A DNA stretch of 64,000 nucleotides from the human T2T-CHM13v2.0 reference genome, Homo sapiens, in NCBI RefSeq assembly GCF_009914755.1, contig NC_060929.1. One strand, given 5' to 3'. Made by a program: the position numbers and the translations under genes. Positions 11,811 to 25,725 of the stretch are shown here, piece by piece. The notes under the pieces were generated by a model that was not told where the DNA came from, ran no database searches, and saw nothing but the letters and a program-made list of their open reading frames with translations. Numbering within the stretch: position 1 is the stretch's first letter; each line of letters starts with the position of its first letter.

Positions 11811-13400
11811 ACTCTTGTCTCATATTTAAAAACTCTCCACTATCTGCCTTTACTTTTCAAGCCTCAACCACTCGGAAGGGCCTGGGCGTGTTTCTTTGCT
11901 CAGGTGCCTTTGATTGTGGTCATATTTGAATCTTGTTATTCTACATGCCAGTCTTCCATTACTCACAAAAGATAATAAAATCCCTTAGGTGATGTCTTCC
12001 ACTGCATCAGCTACCCAGGTTGTTCTGTAACCTCGAACTCCTGGGCTCAAGCACCCCTCCTGCCTCAGCCTTCTCACTCGTGGGGTATCCTTTTTCTTCC
12101 CCAAGCATTGTAAACTTATCCCTAGACTCCACTTTTTAAATCCTCGTCTGGACACTAGGGCCTTTTCATTGTGTTAGGGAGACTCAGAAAAGGAAAATGT
12201 TATAAAAGACCAGTTTTCCCTGATGGCTAAACAATTAGTGGCATAATTTACCAAAGAATTGTAGCCTGTGAGACACAAGATGCTGAATACAGCCAAGCAA
12301 ATACTTTCTCTACTCTTCTTAGCTTAGGAAAGTGGATATGAAAGGAAGGATGTTAACTGTCTCAGGCTATGTCATGGGCATTTGCCTTTGACAGAAGGAC
12401 CTCCTAGGATGAGGGGAGGTGGTGCTGACAGCAAGCAGAAGGAGAAGAGGACCCAACAGCTGGCTGCTCTTCATCCCTCAGAGAATGGCATGGAAAGAGA
12501 GCAAATAATTTCAAAATACATGGAAAAACATTTAGATAGCACAGGCAATTTATTTGGAACCTCCATATCAGGAAATTGCTTCTCTAATGCAGTGACTTAC
12601 TACTGAAAAGAAAAAAGTCTCTCATGTTTGCAAAATGGGCTTTGTACAGTGCCTCACACTGAGACCTAGAGATCTAATGAGAATGTGGATTATTAAATTT
12701 CTCACAGGGAGGAAAGGGGCCCAGGAAGTGTCTCCCAGATCTGGTTCACAGCCTAAGGAAAAAAATGCTTATGCCTTACTATCAAAGGGTAGAAGAAAAT
12801 AGCATTAATCTCCATTGTCCTGATTAATCACTCCTAAAGGTATAAACAGAAAGTTCAGGTCGGTTACCACCCTCCTAGGAGTGCCAGCATATTTTACAGT
12901 CCACAAAATCCGGCGCAAATCTCCCTTCCCCATTCATACCTCAGAGACAGAAGAGTAAGCCAAGTTATTTGAACTATGATTTTGCTATTCGTATATATCA
13001 AAGCGCTTTCATGTTCTCACAAAACTTGAGTTCCCGAAAGTAAGATTGATGCCCTGCCAGGAAAATTGGCTTTAAAGTAGTCCCACTACTGCTATTGAGT
13101 AAACCTTTCAGAAGAGCCCTCAAGGCTTAAGAAATCAGACATAGCAGAGCCCCTACAGAACTAAAACACATTTCCCCCTAACCAGGATTCACCTGCACTT
13201 CAGGCTGGGACTTTTTTCCTAGGGCTCAATACTCACCTCCTGCCTGGCGAGGTATCTTTCCTCCCAAGCTCCCTCAACACCTTTTACACATCTGTCGTGA
13301 TACATAACTTCTTGTACTGAAATTGTCTATTGATACATTTGTCTCTCCCCAATTACACCACACTGTCCTTGAGCAGCAAACAGAATCTTTTTCAGTTTTA

Positions 13401-13459
13401 TTAGGTTGGTGCAAAAGTAATTGCAGTTTTGCACTGCAATTACTTTTGCACCAACTTAA
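13401..13459. mobile_element. Shortened MADE1 / Hsmar1-derived MITE (paired mariner TIRs) inside an L2 fragment
   Basis: TTAGGTTGGTGCAAAAGTAATTGCAGT-TTTGC-ACTGCAATTACTTTTGCACCAACTTAA flanked by TA on both sides. Confidence 0.92.
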
Positions 13460-13859
13460 TAGCTTCCCAGTGCTTACAATACATAGTAGGTGCTAGTTAA
13501 TATTTGTTGAATTTAATGGAATTGAATTCATCTGGCCAGTTTTCCTGCCCAGCCTGGAATGGCACTGGAACAAGTACCATACAAGGCTCCACACCCAGCT
13601 ATGCTGCCATTCTGGTGACCTTTACTAAGCCCTTCCCTATGGCAGATATCATTACTATATAACCCAGGAATCATAAAAGTTGCCACCTGGATCAGTAGAA
13701 ACAATAAAAACATATATCCCTGTCTATAAAGTGCCCTAAGCTCTTCAGAGGAGAGAACGATGGGTTTGGTTCAAGGTTTCTATAAAGAAGATGGTATATT
13801 AGCCAGCACAGTAGAATCCCACAAATACGACAGGACTTTACTACATGGTGTATACTTTT

Positions 13860-14521
<662 letters not shown>

Positions 14522-15469
14522 TGATTTTTAAAGTTGACATATACCAGCTAGGAATTAGAAAGAACTTCTTAGTATCTAAAAAAAAAAAAAAAAAAAAAAA
14601 AAGACTGACCAATATCTACATTTTTGGTGGGTAAAAAGCACTGAACAACAATTTACTAGACAGTGTTCATATCAGAAGATGTTTTCTTCCATAACTTATT
14701 TTGACATGGTTTAGTTCCTCATTGCTATCACTTTATTATATAAACTGACCATTAAAATACATTAAATCTTGAAAAGATGGACCTTGATTTTATATCTGGT
14801 CTGAGTGATAAGAAATGGATTTATATGCTCTCTGGCATTTTGTGAAACTGGCCACAAATCAGAGGACTACAAACAATTATTTTGAAATGACTTACAAATA
14901 TTATATACATTATCATTTTTAAGAGGAAGTAATTTTCCAGCAGAAATGGCCAACAAGATTACCTGATTTCTCCAATAAGCATGAATTGCATACATATCAT
15001 GTACTGTGTTTACCTCCTAGAAATTAAAAAATGGGTAAATCAAAGATACTGACACCAAGAGCTCAGAGACTGCTTGGGAAAATAGAGAATAAACAGAATT
15101 ATGGTACAATGTGGTAAGTACCATAATAAAGGCACATAGTCAGAACTAGGAAGCAAGAGGAAGGAAGGCTTTATAATAGGCTGGTCGCTCCCTCTGCCTA
15201 GATCTGCTGGGGCAGGTGAAGCTTGGCTTTTAAATTGAGAGTTGAACGATAAATAAGAGTTCAAAAGGGCAGGTAAAGAGAATTAATTCTAGGCTAAGAA
15301 CCACCTGTGCAAAGGCACTAGGGTAGCGAGTACAGTGCCTTCAGGTGTTAGATACTTTACTATCATTGGGTCGGAAAGAGGCAGTTACCAAAGATGAGGC
15401 TGGAAAAATAGGTAGGGAGTAGATCTCCAAGGCCTTTTAAAGCATGCCACGGAGGTAGACATTACCTGT

Positions 15470-15780
15470 AGACCAACACTTCTTAAATTTTAATGCTCAT
15501 ATGACTCATTTGGGGACCTTGTTAAAATATAGATGCTAGCTGGGCACAGTCGCTTGCACCTGTAGTCCCAGCTACTCAGGAGGCTGAGGCAGGAGGAGTG
15601 CTTGAGCCCAGGAGTTCAAGGCTGTATTACACTATGATCATGCCTGTGAATAGCCACTGCACTCCAGCCTGGGCAGCATAGATAGGTCTCAGGTGGGGCC
15701 TGAGCGTCAGCTTTTCTAAAATGCCCCAGATGATGTGCTGCTACAATAAAGTTGGTCTACAGACCATGTGTTAAGTAGCA
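15470..15780. mobile_element. MER5-like DNA element split by an Alu monomer
   Basis: cttcttaaattttaatgctcatatgactcatttggggaccttgttaaaat ... taggtctcaggtggggcctgag...ccccagatgatg. Confidence 0.6.
15538..15680 (+). mobile_element. Free Alu monomer (FLAM-like)
   Basis: gctgggcacagtcgcttgcacctgtagtcccagctac...gtgaatagccactgcactccagcctgggca. Confidence 0.8.
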
Positions 15781-17369
15781 AATATTTACAAATTACAAAT
15801 TCTATTACCTGGAATGAATTCTATATACTAAGACATACCTTCAGCCCTTGAAAGGAACTGGGACACGATTCAACTAGAGCTTCCAGGATGGTGAATTCTG
15901 CCTATAAGTTGCCTCCTGGGTTTACTGCGGGTGCCCTACAAATGCAATAATTTTTTTCGACATGTTCTATGATGTGAAGACAGTGGGGAAGCAATGTAGC
16001 ACAAATAATCCAGTCAGTACTATAAGAACCACAATTTGGTTTTTTCGGCTGCGGGGAGAGGAGTGCAAACAGTCCCAGTTACCCAAAGCAGCTGATATTC
16101 ATTGTCAGCATGGCCCAGAGCCTTTTTCCCCCAGTAGTAATCATTTGGAGATTGAAATCTTGGCTCCAGTTCACCTCTGCAGTGGGACTTAATTCATGCC
16201 AGACTGTGGTGGTTTCTGCAGCAGTCCAACTCTGCCAAGGCTCAAAGTCCAAAGATTCTGTCATGCAGTGGCAACAAAGGAGGAGTAGAATTAAAACATA
16301 AAACTCTTGTTCTATGACCTTTCGGTTATTATTGCTTAATTATTTTTATGAGATTATAAGTCATTTTGCCAAGTCACTCCTTAGCCCTTTTTGAAACTGT
16401 GACAATGATTACTAATTTGGTCACTTTTCCTAACAACCTATAATAGATATTTGGAATAGGAAAATGTGAGACTGTATGAAATGAAAGAAATGTGAATTTC
16501 TGTGGAGTCAGTTGGCCTTTAGGTTAACGTTGTATATAAGTATGTGTGTAGGAACATAGTCACACATATGAGATTGTACCTGCAGGTCAATTTCTAGAAA
16601 AGAAACTGCTCACAGGTGTTGCCTCTGGAGAGAAGTGGGGAATGGGAGAAGGGTCAGCTCTGCGAGATCTTTTGGGCAATAGTACTTCTTCTATTCTGTT
16701 TTAAATTTTTTTCTAATATGATGGCTTAACTTAAAAAATACCAAAGAAAGAACTGTCTCAATGACTGAAAAGTACGATAATACTTGCAGGTTTGGGTAAT
16801 ATAATACCTTTCCTCTGGGTCATCTAGTATTGAAACTCTTTTTGTACTGTGTTTAAGGAGAAAAGATTAATGCCTTTAGGTCCCCTGAAGTTTAAGCCCA
16901 GTTTAAGCTAAATTACCTAAAGTTTGTTAGTAAGGAAACCAATTTTTGAAATAAAAAAATTCCCCGTAAGAATTTTTTTCAGTTGTTTTCTCAGTTGATG
17001 ATTTTTGCCCCCTCTTCAGACAACAGTGAAACATAAAATGAGATGCAGCATTACAAAACGAAAAGAACTGGAGGGAAAAACATTTGCTTTTGATGCAGTC
17101 AAGCATCTTCATTGATGCCCTTCTGTCCACTTTCTCTCTCCCCCAACTATAATATCATAGAATGCTGAAGGAAAGCACATTCCAGATACATGTTGTGTAG
17201 ACTAGCAACATTTAATGGATAACTTCCATTATGCTATTACAAATTTACAAGCATAGAAGAAGCATTATCTTCCACAAATACTATGAGTATTAAACACTCA
17301 ACAGTCATAACCCAGTTTGCAATCTCCTATGACTTACATAAAATTTCATCTTAATAAATTGCAGTGAAA

Positions 17370-18941
17370 ATAGATGGCACACGGGAGGTAGGACTAAATT
17401 GCAGCTCCGACTCAGAGCAGCATGCAGAGGCTCTCATCATGAATTTTGCTCCAGAACGACTGCGAGAACAAACCAGAAATCCAGAGAGGACCCACAGAAC
17501 ATCTGAAGAAAGTGGACTGCTCCTGCAGGACCCAGGAGACACCCAAATACTGTGCTGGAATCTATGGCTGAGAGACTTATAGACGGTTCACATCGCAGGA
17601 CTCTGTGAAGACAACCTGAAGTACCAGCCTGGAGCCGGGTAGACTTGCTGCATGGCTAGACTCAGAAGAGAGATAACAATCACTGCAGCTCAGCTCACAG
17701 GAAGCTGCATCCATAGGAAAAGGGGAAGAGTACTACATCAAGGGAACACCCCATGGGACAAAAGAATCTGAACAGCCTTCAGTTCTAGACTTTCCCTCTG
17801 ACAGAGCCTATCAAAATTAGAAGGAACTAGAAAACCAATTCTGGTAATATGGCAAAACAAGGCTTTTTAATATCCCCCAAAAATCACACTAGCTCATCAG
17901 CAATGGCTCCAAACCAAAAATTTACCTGAAAAGGAATTCAGGAGCTTAGTTATTAAGCTAATCAGGGAGTCATCAGAGAAAGGCAAAGCCCAATGCAAGG
18001 AAATCCAAAAAACGATGCAAGAAGTGAAGGAAGAAATGTTCAAGGATATACTTAGCATAAAGAAAAATGTAATAAAAACTTTAGGAAACATTGGACACAC
18101 ATAAAAATGCAAAATGCTCTAAAAAGTCTCAGCAATAGAATTGAAAAAGTAGAAGAAAGAAATTCGGAGTTTGAAGACAAGATCTTAGAATTAACCCAAT
18201 CCAACAAAGACAAAGAAGAAAAGAATAAGAAAATATGAACAAGGCTCCCAAGAAGTCTGGGATTATGTTAAATGACTAAACCTAAGAATAATTGGTGTTC
18301 CTGACGAAGAAGAGAAATCTAAAAGTTGGGAAAACATATTTGGGGGAATAATTGAGGAAAACTTCCCCAGCCTTGCTAGAGACCTAGACATCCAAATACA
18401 AGCAGCACAAAGAAGACCTGGGAAATTCATTGCAAAAGATCATTGCCTAGGCATATTGTCATCAAGTTATCTAAAGTTAAGATGAAGGAAAGAATCTTAA
18501 GAGCTGTGAGACAAAAGTACCAGGTAACCTACAAAGGAAAACCTATCAGATTAATAACAGATTTCTCAGCAGAAACCCTGCAAGCTAGAAGGGATTGGGG
18601 CCCTATCTTCAGCCTCCTCGAACAAAACAATTATCAGCCAAGAATTTTTTATCCAGCGAAACTAAACTAAACATCATATATGATGGAAAGATACAGTCTT
18701 TTTCAGACAAACAAATGCTGAGAGAATTTGCCACTACCAAGCCACCACTAAAAGAACTGCAAAAAGGAGCTCTAAATCTTGAAACAAATCCTGGAAACAC
18801 ATCAAAACAGAACCTCTTTAAAGCATAAGTCACACAGGACCTATAAAACAAAAATACAATTTAAAAAGCAAAAACAAATAACAAAAAACACAAAGGTACA
18901 CAGGCAACAAAGAGCAAGATGAATTCAATGGTACCTCACAT
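17370..18941 (+). mobile_element. L1PB-type 5' UTR plus disrupted ORF1, truncated at the start of ORF2
   Basis: ORF track 18443-18670 (PRHIVIKLSKVKMKERILRAVRQKYQVTYKGKPIRLITDFSAETLQARRDW) and 18595-18828 (FSDKQMLREFATTKPPLKE) are L1 ORF1p in two frames; similarity stops after atggtacctcacat. Confidence 0.9.
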
Positions 18942-19078
18942 CCAAAGTTGTTTGAAAAGACTTAAAAGCAGTGCTTCCTGAAACTCATTTTTCTGCTTAT
19001 ATACTATAATCCTCCCATTTAGAAATTACTTTTTAAGGTTTCATCTATAAGGAAGGTAGGGATAAAATATAAACGTTT

Positions 19079-19370
19079 GGCTGGTCATGGTAGCTCATGT
19101 CTGTAATCCAAGCACTTTGGGAAGATGAGGTGGGTGAATCGCTTGAGCCCAGGAGTTTGAGACCAGCCTGGGCAACATGGCAAAACCCTGTCTCCACAAA
19201 AAATACAAAAAATTAGCCAGAGTTGTGGCATGTGCCTGTGGTCCCAGCTCAAGAAGCTGAGGTGAGAAGATCGCTTGACCCTCAGAGGTCAAAGTTGAAG
19301 TGAGATGAGATTGCACCACTGCACTCCAGCCTGGGCAACAGAGCAAGACCCTGTCTCAATCAATCAATAA
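19079..19370 (+). mobile_element. AluJ-like with TSD ataaacgttt
   Basis: Dimeric Alu with a (TCAA)n tail; ataaacgttt on both flanks. Confidence 0.92.
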
Positions 19371-20099
19371 ACGTTTTCAATATAACTAACACTGAACCAA
19401 CCCCACTTCGTAATTGTTTTCAATAAAAACATCTTCCTTCTCCAGTATTGAACATAGTAGTCTAGTTAGCTAGGCCTGAAGCAGACAGTCTAGAGCTGCT
19501 GGTCTTTACTTTTTTTTTTTTTTAATCTTCAGGCTTCCTATTACTGATGAACCTCCTAGGAAAAGAATACTTTTGACAGAAACTTAACTGCCTCCTAAAG
19601 ACACTGCTTCAAACCACTATTTAAGATGCATAATACACATAGTACAATAATTACCAGCCTGAAGTCACTTTAAGATCATGGACTCTCCATGTTAGAAACG
19701 GCTTTATGAATTCTTTAATATAGGGATTGCTAAACTTGGCTTCTTATCACTACTACCTGTAGAACTTAAAAAAAAATTTCTATCTCCACCATAGCCTTCT
19801 GAATAAAAAGCTTCACAGGTGAGGCTTTGTAATCTGTATGTTTTATAACTTTACTAGGTGATTCTAATGAAACTAACCTTTCATTGTGCAGATAGATTTT
19901 TGAAATAATCAGTTCAAAATTTTAGCTGTTACATAAACTTACATGCCTTCAGTGGCCAGCCACTTAACAGAAGTGTGAGAGGCAGCCCTGTGTAAAACCC
20001 AAGAAAGTGGTAAAACTGAGAATGATGAGAGCCTGGATTCTAACACAATCAAATTAATATTTTCAAAACTTTGCAGTTATCAGAGTTTTGAAACAGAGA

Positions 20100-22690
20100 C
20101 AATAGTATAATGGTTGCCCATTCATGCAGATCACAGATAGAACTATTAACAATATTTTGCCATACTTGTTACATCAATCTCTTTTTTCTTCTCTCTCATT
20201 CTGTAGTCATTTAAAAAGACATCTTCACTGGATATAGAATTCTCAGCTAACAGTTTATTTCTTTTAGTACTTTAAAGATACTACACCACTGTTTTGTCAC
20301 TTGCATTGTTTCTGGTGAGAAATCTGTCATACTTTGTTCTATACATAAGGTATTTTTACTCTGGCTGTTTTTAAAATTTTCTCTTTATTACTGGCTTTGT
20401 GCAATTTGTTTCTTGTGCTTGGAGTCTGCAGGATTCTTGGATCTGTGGACTTATACTTTTTAATAAAATTTGGGACTATTTTAGCCATTTCGAATATTCT
20501 TTTGAAACTCCAATTACATGTACCCTAGGCTGCTTGAAGTTGTTCTGTAGCTCACTCATGTTTTCACTTTTTAGAAAATATTTTTTCTCTCCATTTCATT
20601 TTACATAGTTTCTATTGTTATGCCTTCAGTTCCTCTAACCCTTTCTTCTTCAATATCTAATATCCTGAAAATACCATCAGTGTATTTTAAAAATCTCAGA
20701 CACAATAGTTTTCACATCTAGAAGTCTGATTTGGGTCTTCTTCATATTTTCCATGTCTCCACTTAACATGTTCAATCTTTCTTCCAGCTTTTAAAACATA
20801 TGGAATATAGAAAAATGACTATGTTTATGTCCTTGTCTTCTAGTACTAACATCTGTGTCATTTCTGGGTCAGTTTCTATTGATTGATTTCCCTCCTCATT
20901 TGGGGTCATATTTTTCTACTTTGTATGTCTGATAATTTTTGACTGAATGCCAGAAACTGTTTTACCTTGTTGAATACTGGATATTTTTGTATTCCTACAG
21001 CTATTCTTGAGCTTCGTTCTGGGATGCAGTTGAATTGCTTGAAAACAGCTTGGGTGTTTGGTGGCTTATTTTTGAGGTTTATTGGGTGGAACTAGAGTAG
21101 CATTTAGTCAATAGCTAATTATTACCACCACTGAGTCAAGATCATTTGGAGTGTTCTACTCAATTCTCTGAGTTTGGAAGTTTTCCAGTCAGTCTGGTTG
21201 GAACAGAAACTATTTCTGGACCTGGGTAAGCTGTAGGTAATGTTCCTTTTCTCTCTGGTCTTGGGTAGTCTTCTTCCCCCACACACTGAACTCTCAAAAA
21301 GGATACCTTGCAGATATCCATATATACTTTCTGTGCAGCTTTCTCCTGACACTTTGCCTTGTGAACGCTAGCCACTTTGGATTCCCAGAACCCTTAGCTT
21401 CACCTTCTCCATCTGGGGTTCTTAGCCCTGTATTATGGCCTAGAAAATCTCTAGGCAGTAAGCTAGGGCAATAATAGGGCTTACCTCATTTTTTCTCTGT
21501 CTCTCTGGGATCACTTTCCATTTCCTTATGTTCAATGTCTTGATAACCACTGGTTTATGTATTTAATCCAGGTTTTAACTTTTTTTTTTTTTTTTTTTTT
21601 TACAAGGGAGGAAAATCCAGTCCTGCCACTTCATCTTGGTTGGAAGTAGAAGTTCCACTACAGTCTTTGAAGTAAAGCTATGACATCATGCCAGTCCAAA
21701 TTCTGAATGTTTCTAAAAATATGAGAAAATTTTCTTATATAATAGAAATGACTATAACAGCTAACAATTAAAAACAATTCTTTAATACCTAATAGCTAGG
21801 TCATATTTACATTTTCTTAATTATCTCAAAAGTGTTTCAAAAGTTGGTTCAAATTAGGACCCAAAGTCAACATGTTGTATTTGACTGCTGTGTCTCTTAC
21901 ATTTTTAGAACAGTCTACCTTTACTCCCCTCCATTTCTTTGTCATTAAGTCGTTGAAGAAACCAGACTTGTCTTTAGCATATCTGCCTTTAGGATATGGC
22001 TGATTGCTTCCTCATGGTGTCATTTTACTTGTTCCCATTTCACTTATTAGATCTAGACCAAATTTGTCAAACCCACAGCCTGCGAGCTGCATGCAGCCCA
22101 GGATGGCTTTGAATGTGGCTCAACACAAATTCATAAACTTTCTTAAAACACTGAGATTTTTTTTTCTAGGTCATCAGCTATCATTAGTATCAGTATATTT
22201 TATGTGTGGGCCAAGACAGTTCTTCCAATGTGGCCCTGGCAAGCCAAAGATTGGACATCCCTGATCTAGATGTTAGATCTATCAGACTGACTAGATTCAG
22301 TCTCAACTTTCTGATAAGGATATTTTATAGATGACCTTGTGTACCTCACATTGCATTATAGCAGGAGGCATGCAATGTCTTGAGTCACTTTTAGAGATGG
22401 CAGCATTGATCAGTGGATTCAGGTGGTGGCAGCTTGAGCCTTCCACTTTTAAGTTCTCCATCAACCTTTCTCCTGATGGTTTCAGTATCCATTGATTGTT
22501 GTAGCCTAAAAATCTATTAGCATTTGTGAGATAGTTATTTTCTAACCCCATTATTGCTTCTCCATTTATGAACTGAGACTTTTTGAAAAAGGAAACTTCC
22601 CTTATCATTAGGATGATTTGTTTTCCCTGCAGATGCAGTTTCTTTAAAACGAGCAATATAATTTTTTTTTTTAGAGAAATGAGTTGATGC
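20100..22690 (-). mobile_element. Nested old L1M fragments (5'/ORF1 block inside an L1MC/ME 3' UTR)
   Basis: ttcactggatatagaattct...ggtgagaaatctg (antisense ORF1) and ggaggcatgcaatgtct...attgatcagtggattcaggtg (3' UTR); limits approximate. Confidence 0.6.
22059..22263 (+). mobile_element. MER30 hAT-Charlie MITE
   Basis: gcatgcagcccaggatggctttgaatgtggctcaacacaaattc...ttggacatccctg; 8-bp TSD atctagac/atctagat. Confidence 0.9.
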
Positions 22691-22694
22691 TGTA

Positions 22695-22696
<2 letters not shown>

Positions 22697-22738
<42 letters not shown>
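22697..22738. repeat. (GT)21 microsatellite
   Basis: Perfect dinucleotide run. Confidence 0.97.
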
Positions 22739-22742
<4 letters not shown>

Positions 22743-24539
22743 CATTGCCCTGCCAAAACCAAAAGTGAGTCAATCCTGCAGTCTTCATGCTCTTTTCCTG
22801 ATTTCCAGAATGAGCCTCACCTTCTCCAGCAGCAGCAGCAGTAGCAATGGAGAACTTGCTGTGGCTACCCATTCCGGCCTCATGCAACTCTAGTTGGAAA
22901 GTTCTTTATAGTTCTTAAATATGAGTTCATTTATTAATTCCTTTATTCAACAAATACTATTAGTTGTGCATGCTAAACGTTTTGAGAAGTCCAGTTACTG
23001 ATGAAGCCAAAGTGTGGCCATGGAAGGATGTACAATTAAGATTAACCTGTAATCTTCACCTGCTCTCTCAAAAGCCACCTCAAATACACAATAAATAAGA
23101 AGTACAGTTATATGCAAATCACCTTCATGGCAAGCCCTCTAAGCTTCACTTTCTTACTGATGGCCACCCCTAAGCCCCTCCTAAACAGGAATTCTAAAGT
23201 TGCCACTGAATGTAAACCTTCTTCCAGAGAACAGACCTTTATATATTTGAATGTGAAAAATATGGTCTATTTCTCCTTGCCCTCCTGGAAAGCCTGATCT
23301 TCTCTGACCTTTTTAATGTGTGGCACCTTGAACCTATTGTGGTACCCGGACAGTGCAGAGGACAGTGGTATCATCACCCTCTTCATTTTAGCTACCCTAC
23401 TTCTATTAATTTGGCAGGGATACTAAATTTGAAAAATTTGAATGTGCATTTTACCTCTGCATTTCCCATTCCATCAGAGGCATTCATTTACCTTAAGAGG
23501 TTTAGAATATTACAGCAAGGATAAAGTGAGGAAATATGCAGCTTCTGAGTTTGCAGCAAAACAAGAATCATAGTCAGACTTTGTCACTTGAGAAAGGATT
23601 TTTTAAGTTTCTTAAACTCCAATTAAAATGAAAATCAGTAGTAGAGAGAACTCAGGAAATGGAGAAAAAGGAAGAAGGGAAATTCTCCTACTCCCACCCC
23701 TGGAAAGTGTGGGAAGGATGAAAGATGGGAAAAGGAGAGGATATGTGTGGAAGTAACAAGGTCTAGACAGGCATGAAGGAAACTAAGAACATAGAGGCTG
23801 GTGGCCTGCCAGTGCTGCCCTTAGATCTGGGCAAGAGGGTCTCCTGCACTTAAGAGGATGCCATTCTGGTGCTTCTGTCCATAAGGTAAGGAATCAGTGG
23901 GGCCCCTTTCTAGACTCTGCCCCACATACCAGAGAAACTGGAATTCCCTATCTCAGTCCACTTACAGAACCTGCATGGGCTTCTTCCCTGGGTCATTTTT
24001 GATTAGGCTGCCAAAGTATGTGGACCCCTAGGTCCAAGGTATGATGAAGGAGCAGTTTGGGGGAGCTGGAGGTAATATGGAGCTCAGACAAAGGGGTTAG
24101 GATTCCTTCACAAATGTAAGGGAGCTCTCAAAGCATGGAAGGGGTTCTGGGATGGGAGTACAAGGGCCAGCAGTGTGCTGGGAACTTTATAAGGCCAAGA
24201 TTTCTAAATGGGAACCTGGCCTTCTAACTTCCAGTTCCTTTAAAGCACCCGAAAGGGTGACGTCGGTGGGGGCTGGAGGCTGGGCACATATTGTTGAGTG
24301 AAGATTGCCTGAGTCGGGCTGGGTGGAGTAAAAAGAAGCCTGTGCTCAGATGGAGAGGGTGCAGGTGGACAGAGAAGACTAAGCAGGAGAGAAGGGACCA
24401 AACCACTGCTCCCTCTATAAGAAGAGAAAGCATATGTTTATCTTGTGGATATGCCCAGTGACTGTAGGGAGCCAGGGCTGGCAAGTCAACAAGCCAGGGA
24501 GAAATCTCTTCCCTTTGTCTACTCTGCTCCAGCCCAGCA

Positions 24540-24790
24540 GCAGCCACTGCCAAATCATGGCCTAGAGTGGAAAATGCAGTAAATTTTGAATTTGTGCTAT
24601 TCACAGTTATTTGATATGATTTGCTATTTTTTCAATTGTCATTATGAAGATATATTTGCCAACCTAAAAATATAGAACATAAGAATTTGCTAGTTTTATT
24701 TGTAACTTAAAAATTAAAATTTAGACATGGTAATGTGGGGTGGCCTTGTGACCTGCTTCTCCAGGCATAGCCTAGAAAAGGCTGTGTGCG
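24540..24790. mobile_element. Possible ancient hAT-Tip100 remnant (MER115-like)
   Basis: tttgtaacttaaaaattaaaatttagacatggtaatgtgggg resembles that family's end; recognised by eye only. Confidence 0.3.
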
Positions 24791-25531
24791 GTCCTAAAAG
24801 AATCAGACTTTTGGCTTATCTATCCAGAGTGTCCAGGTAGCATTAAGGTGGGAAGGGAGGTAGCTATAGGAAGAGGAGACAGTGTTCGGGCATAAACAAG
24901 ATCTAAGAGTTTCTGCATTTGCCAGATAGCAAATGTGCATGGGGAGGGGAAGTGGGGGAGAGCAGAGGATACCGACATGGAGTCACTAAGATCCGTTGGA
25001 TAGAAAGAGGCCTGGGACCGGAGTGAAGAGGCCATAGAATTGAAATCAGAGGCAAACAGTAACCCACCTCAAAAGGCCACACTAGCAGCAGACACCTCAG
25101 TAGGCACCAGTCCAGGGACCAGACCAGAGCAGCAGTGTGCAACAGAGACCCTCCCATGCCCCACAAAGACTCATACATACCCAGACAGCAAGGAGCAGGA
25201 AAAAAAGACACTGCTGAAATCGGAAGAGACTGAGATTGTTAGCTAACACATTCAAATGGCCCTTTTCCTTAGCCTCCCCCCATCCCTTAATAGCCAAAGA
25301 TATGGGTAAATAAAAATGAAATCCATTTGAGAAAACGTTTTCTTTGCATATCTGAGTATTTATTATGTTTTCGATCCAGCTACCACACACTAAAATCATA
25401 TTAGTTTTTCGGGGGTAGGAGTAAAGATCACATTGTTGAATTATAAAGAGCTTACTGTTAAGAATCCTATCTTTTTAAAATATAAATTTGCAAATAATCA
25501 ACTGTTTCTACCCAAGCTGCTTTTTCTCTAT

Positions 25532-25725
25532 CAGTGATTGGTTCTCAACTTTGAATGTGCATTGAAACCACTTGGAGGGCTTGTTTAAAACACAAATGTC
25601 TAACCCTACCCCCAGAGTTTCTAATTCAGGAGGTCTAAGGTACCGCCAGAGAATCTGCACTTTCTAACGAGTACCCAGGTGATGCTAGTGTTTCCATCTG
25701 TAGACAACATTTGGAAAACTAGTGC
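25532..25725. mobile_element. MER5A
   Basis: ggttctcaactttgaatgtgcattgaaaccacttggagggcttgtttaaaacaca...gaatctgcactttctaacgag...caggtgatgct. Confidence 0.8.

Noticed and set aside
18443-18828. L1 ORF1p-like ORFs (and ORF2p-like ORFs at 40241-40933) as functional genes
   Set aside because: Fragmented by stops and frameshifts; dead retroelement remnants.
22303-22887. 194-aa ORF with an HTHT repeat
   Set aside because: Produced by the (GT)21 microsatellite and an L1 3' UTR; no coding signature.
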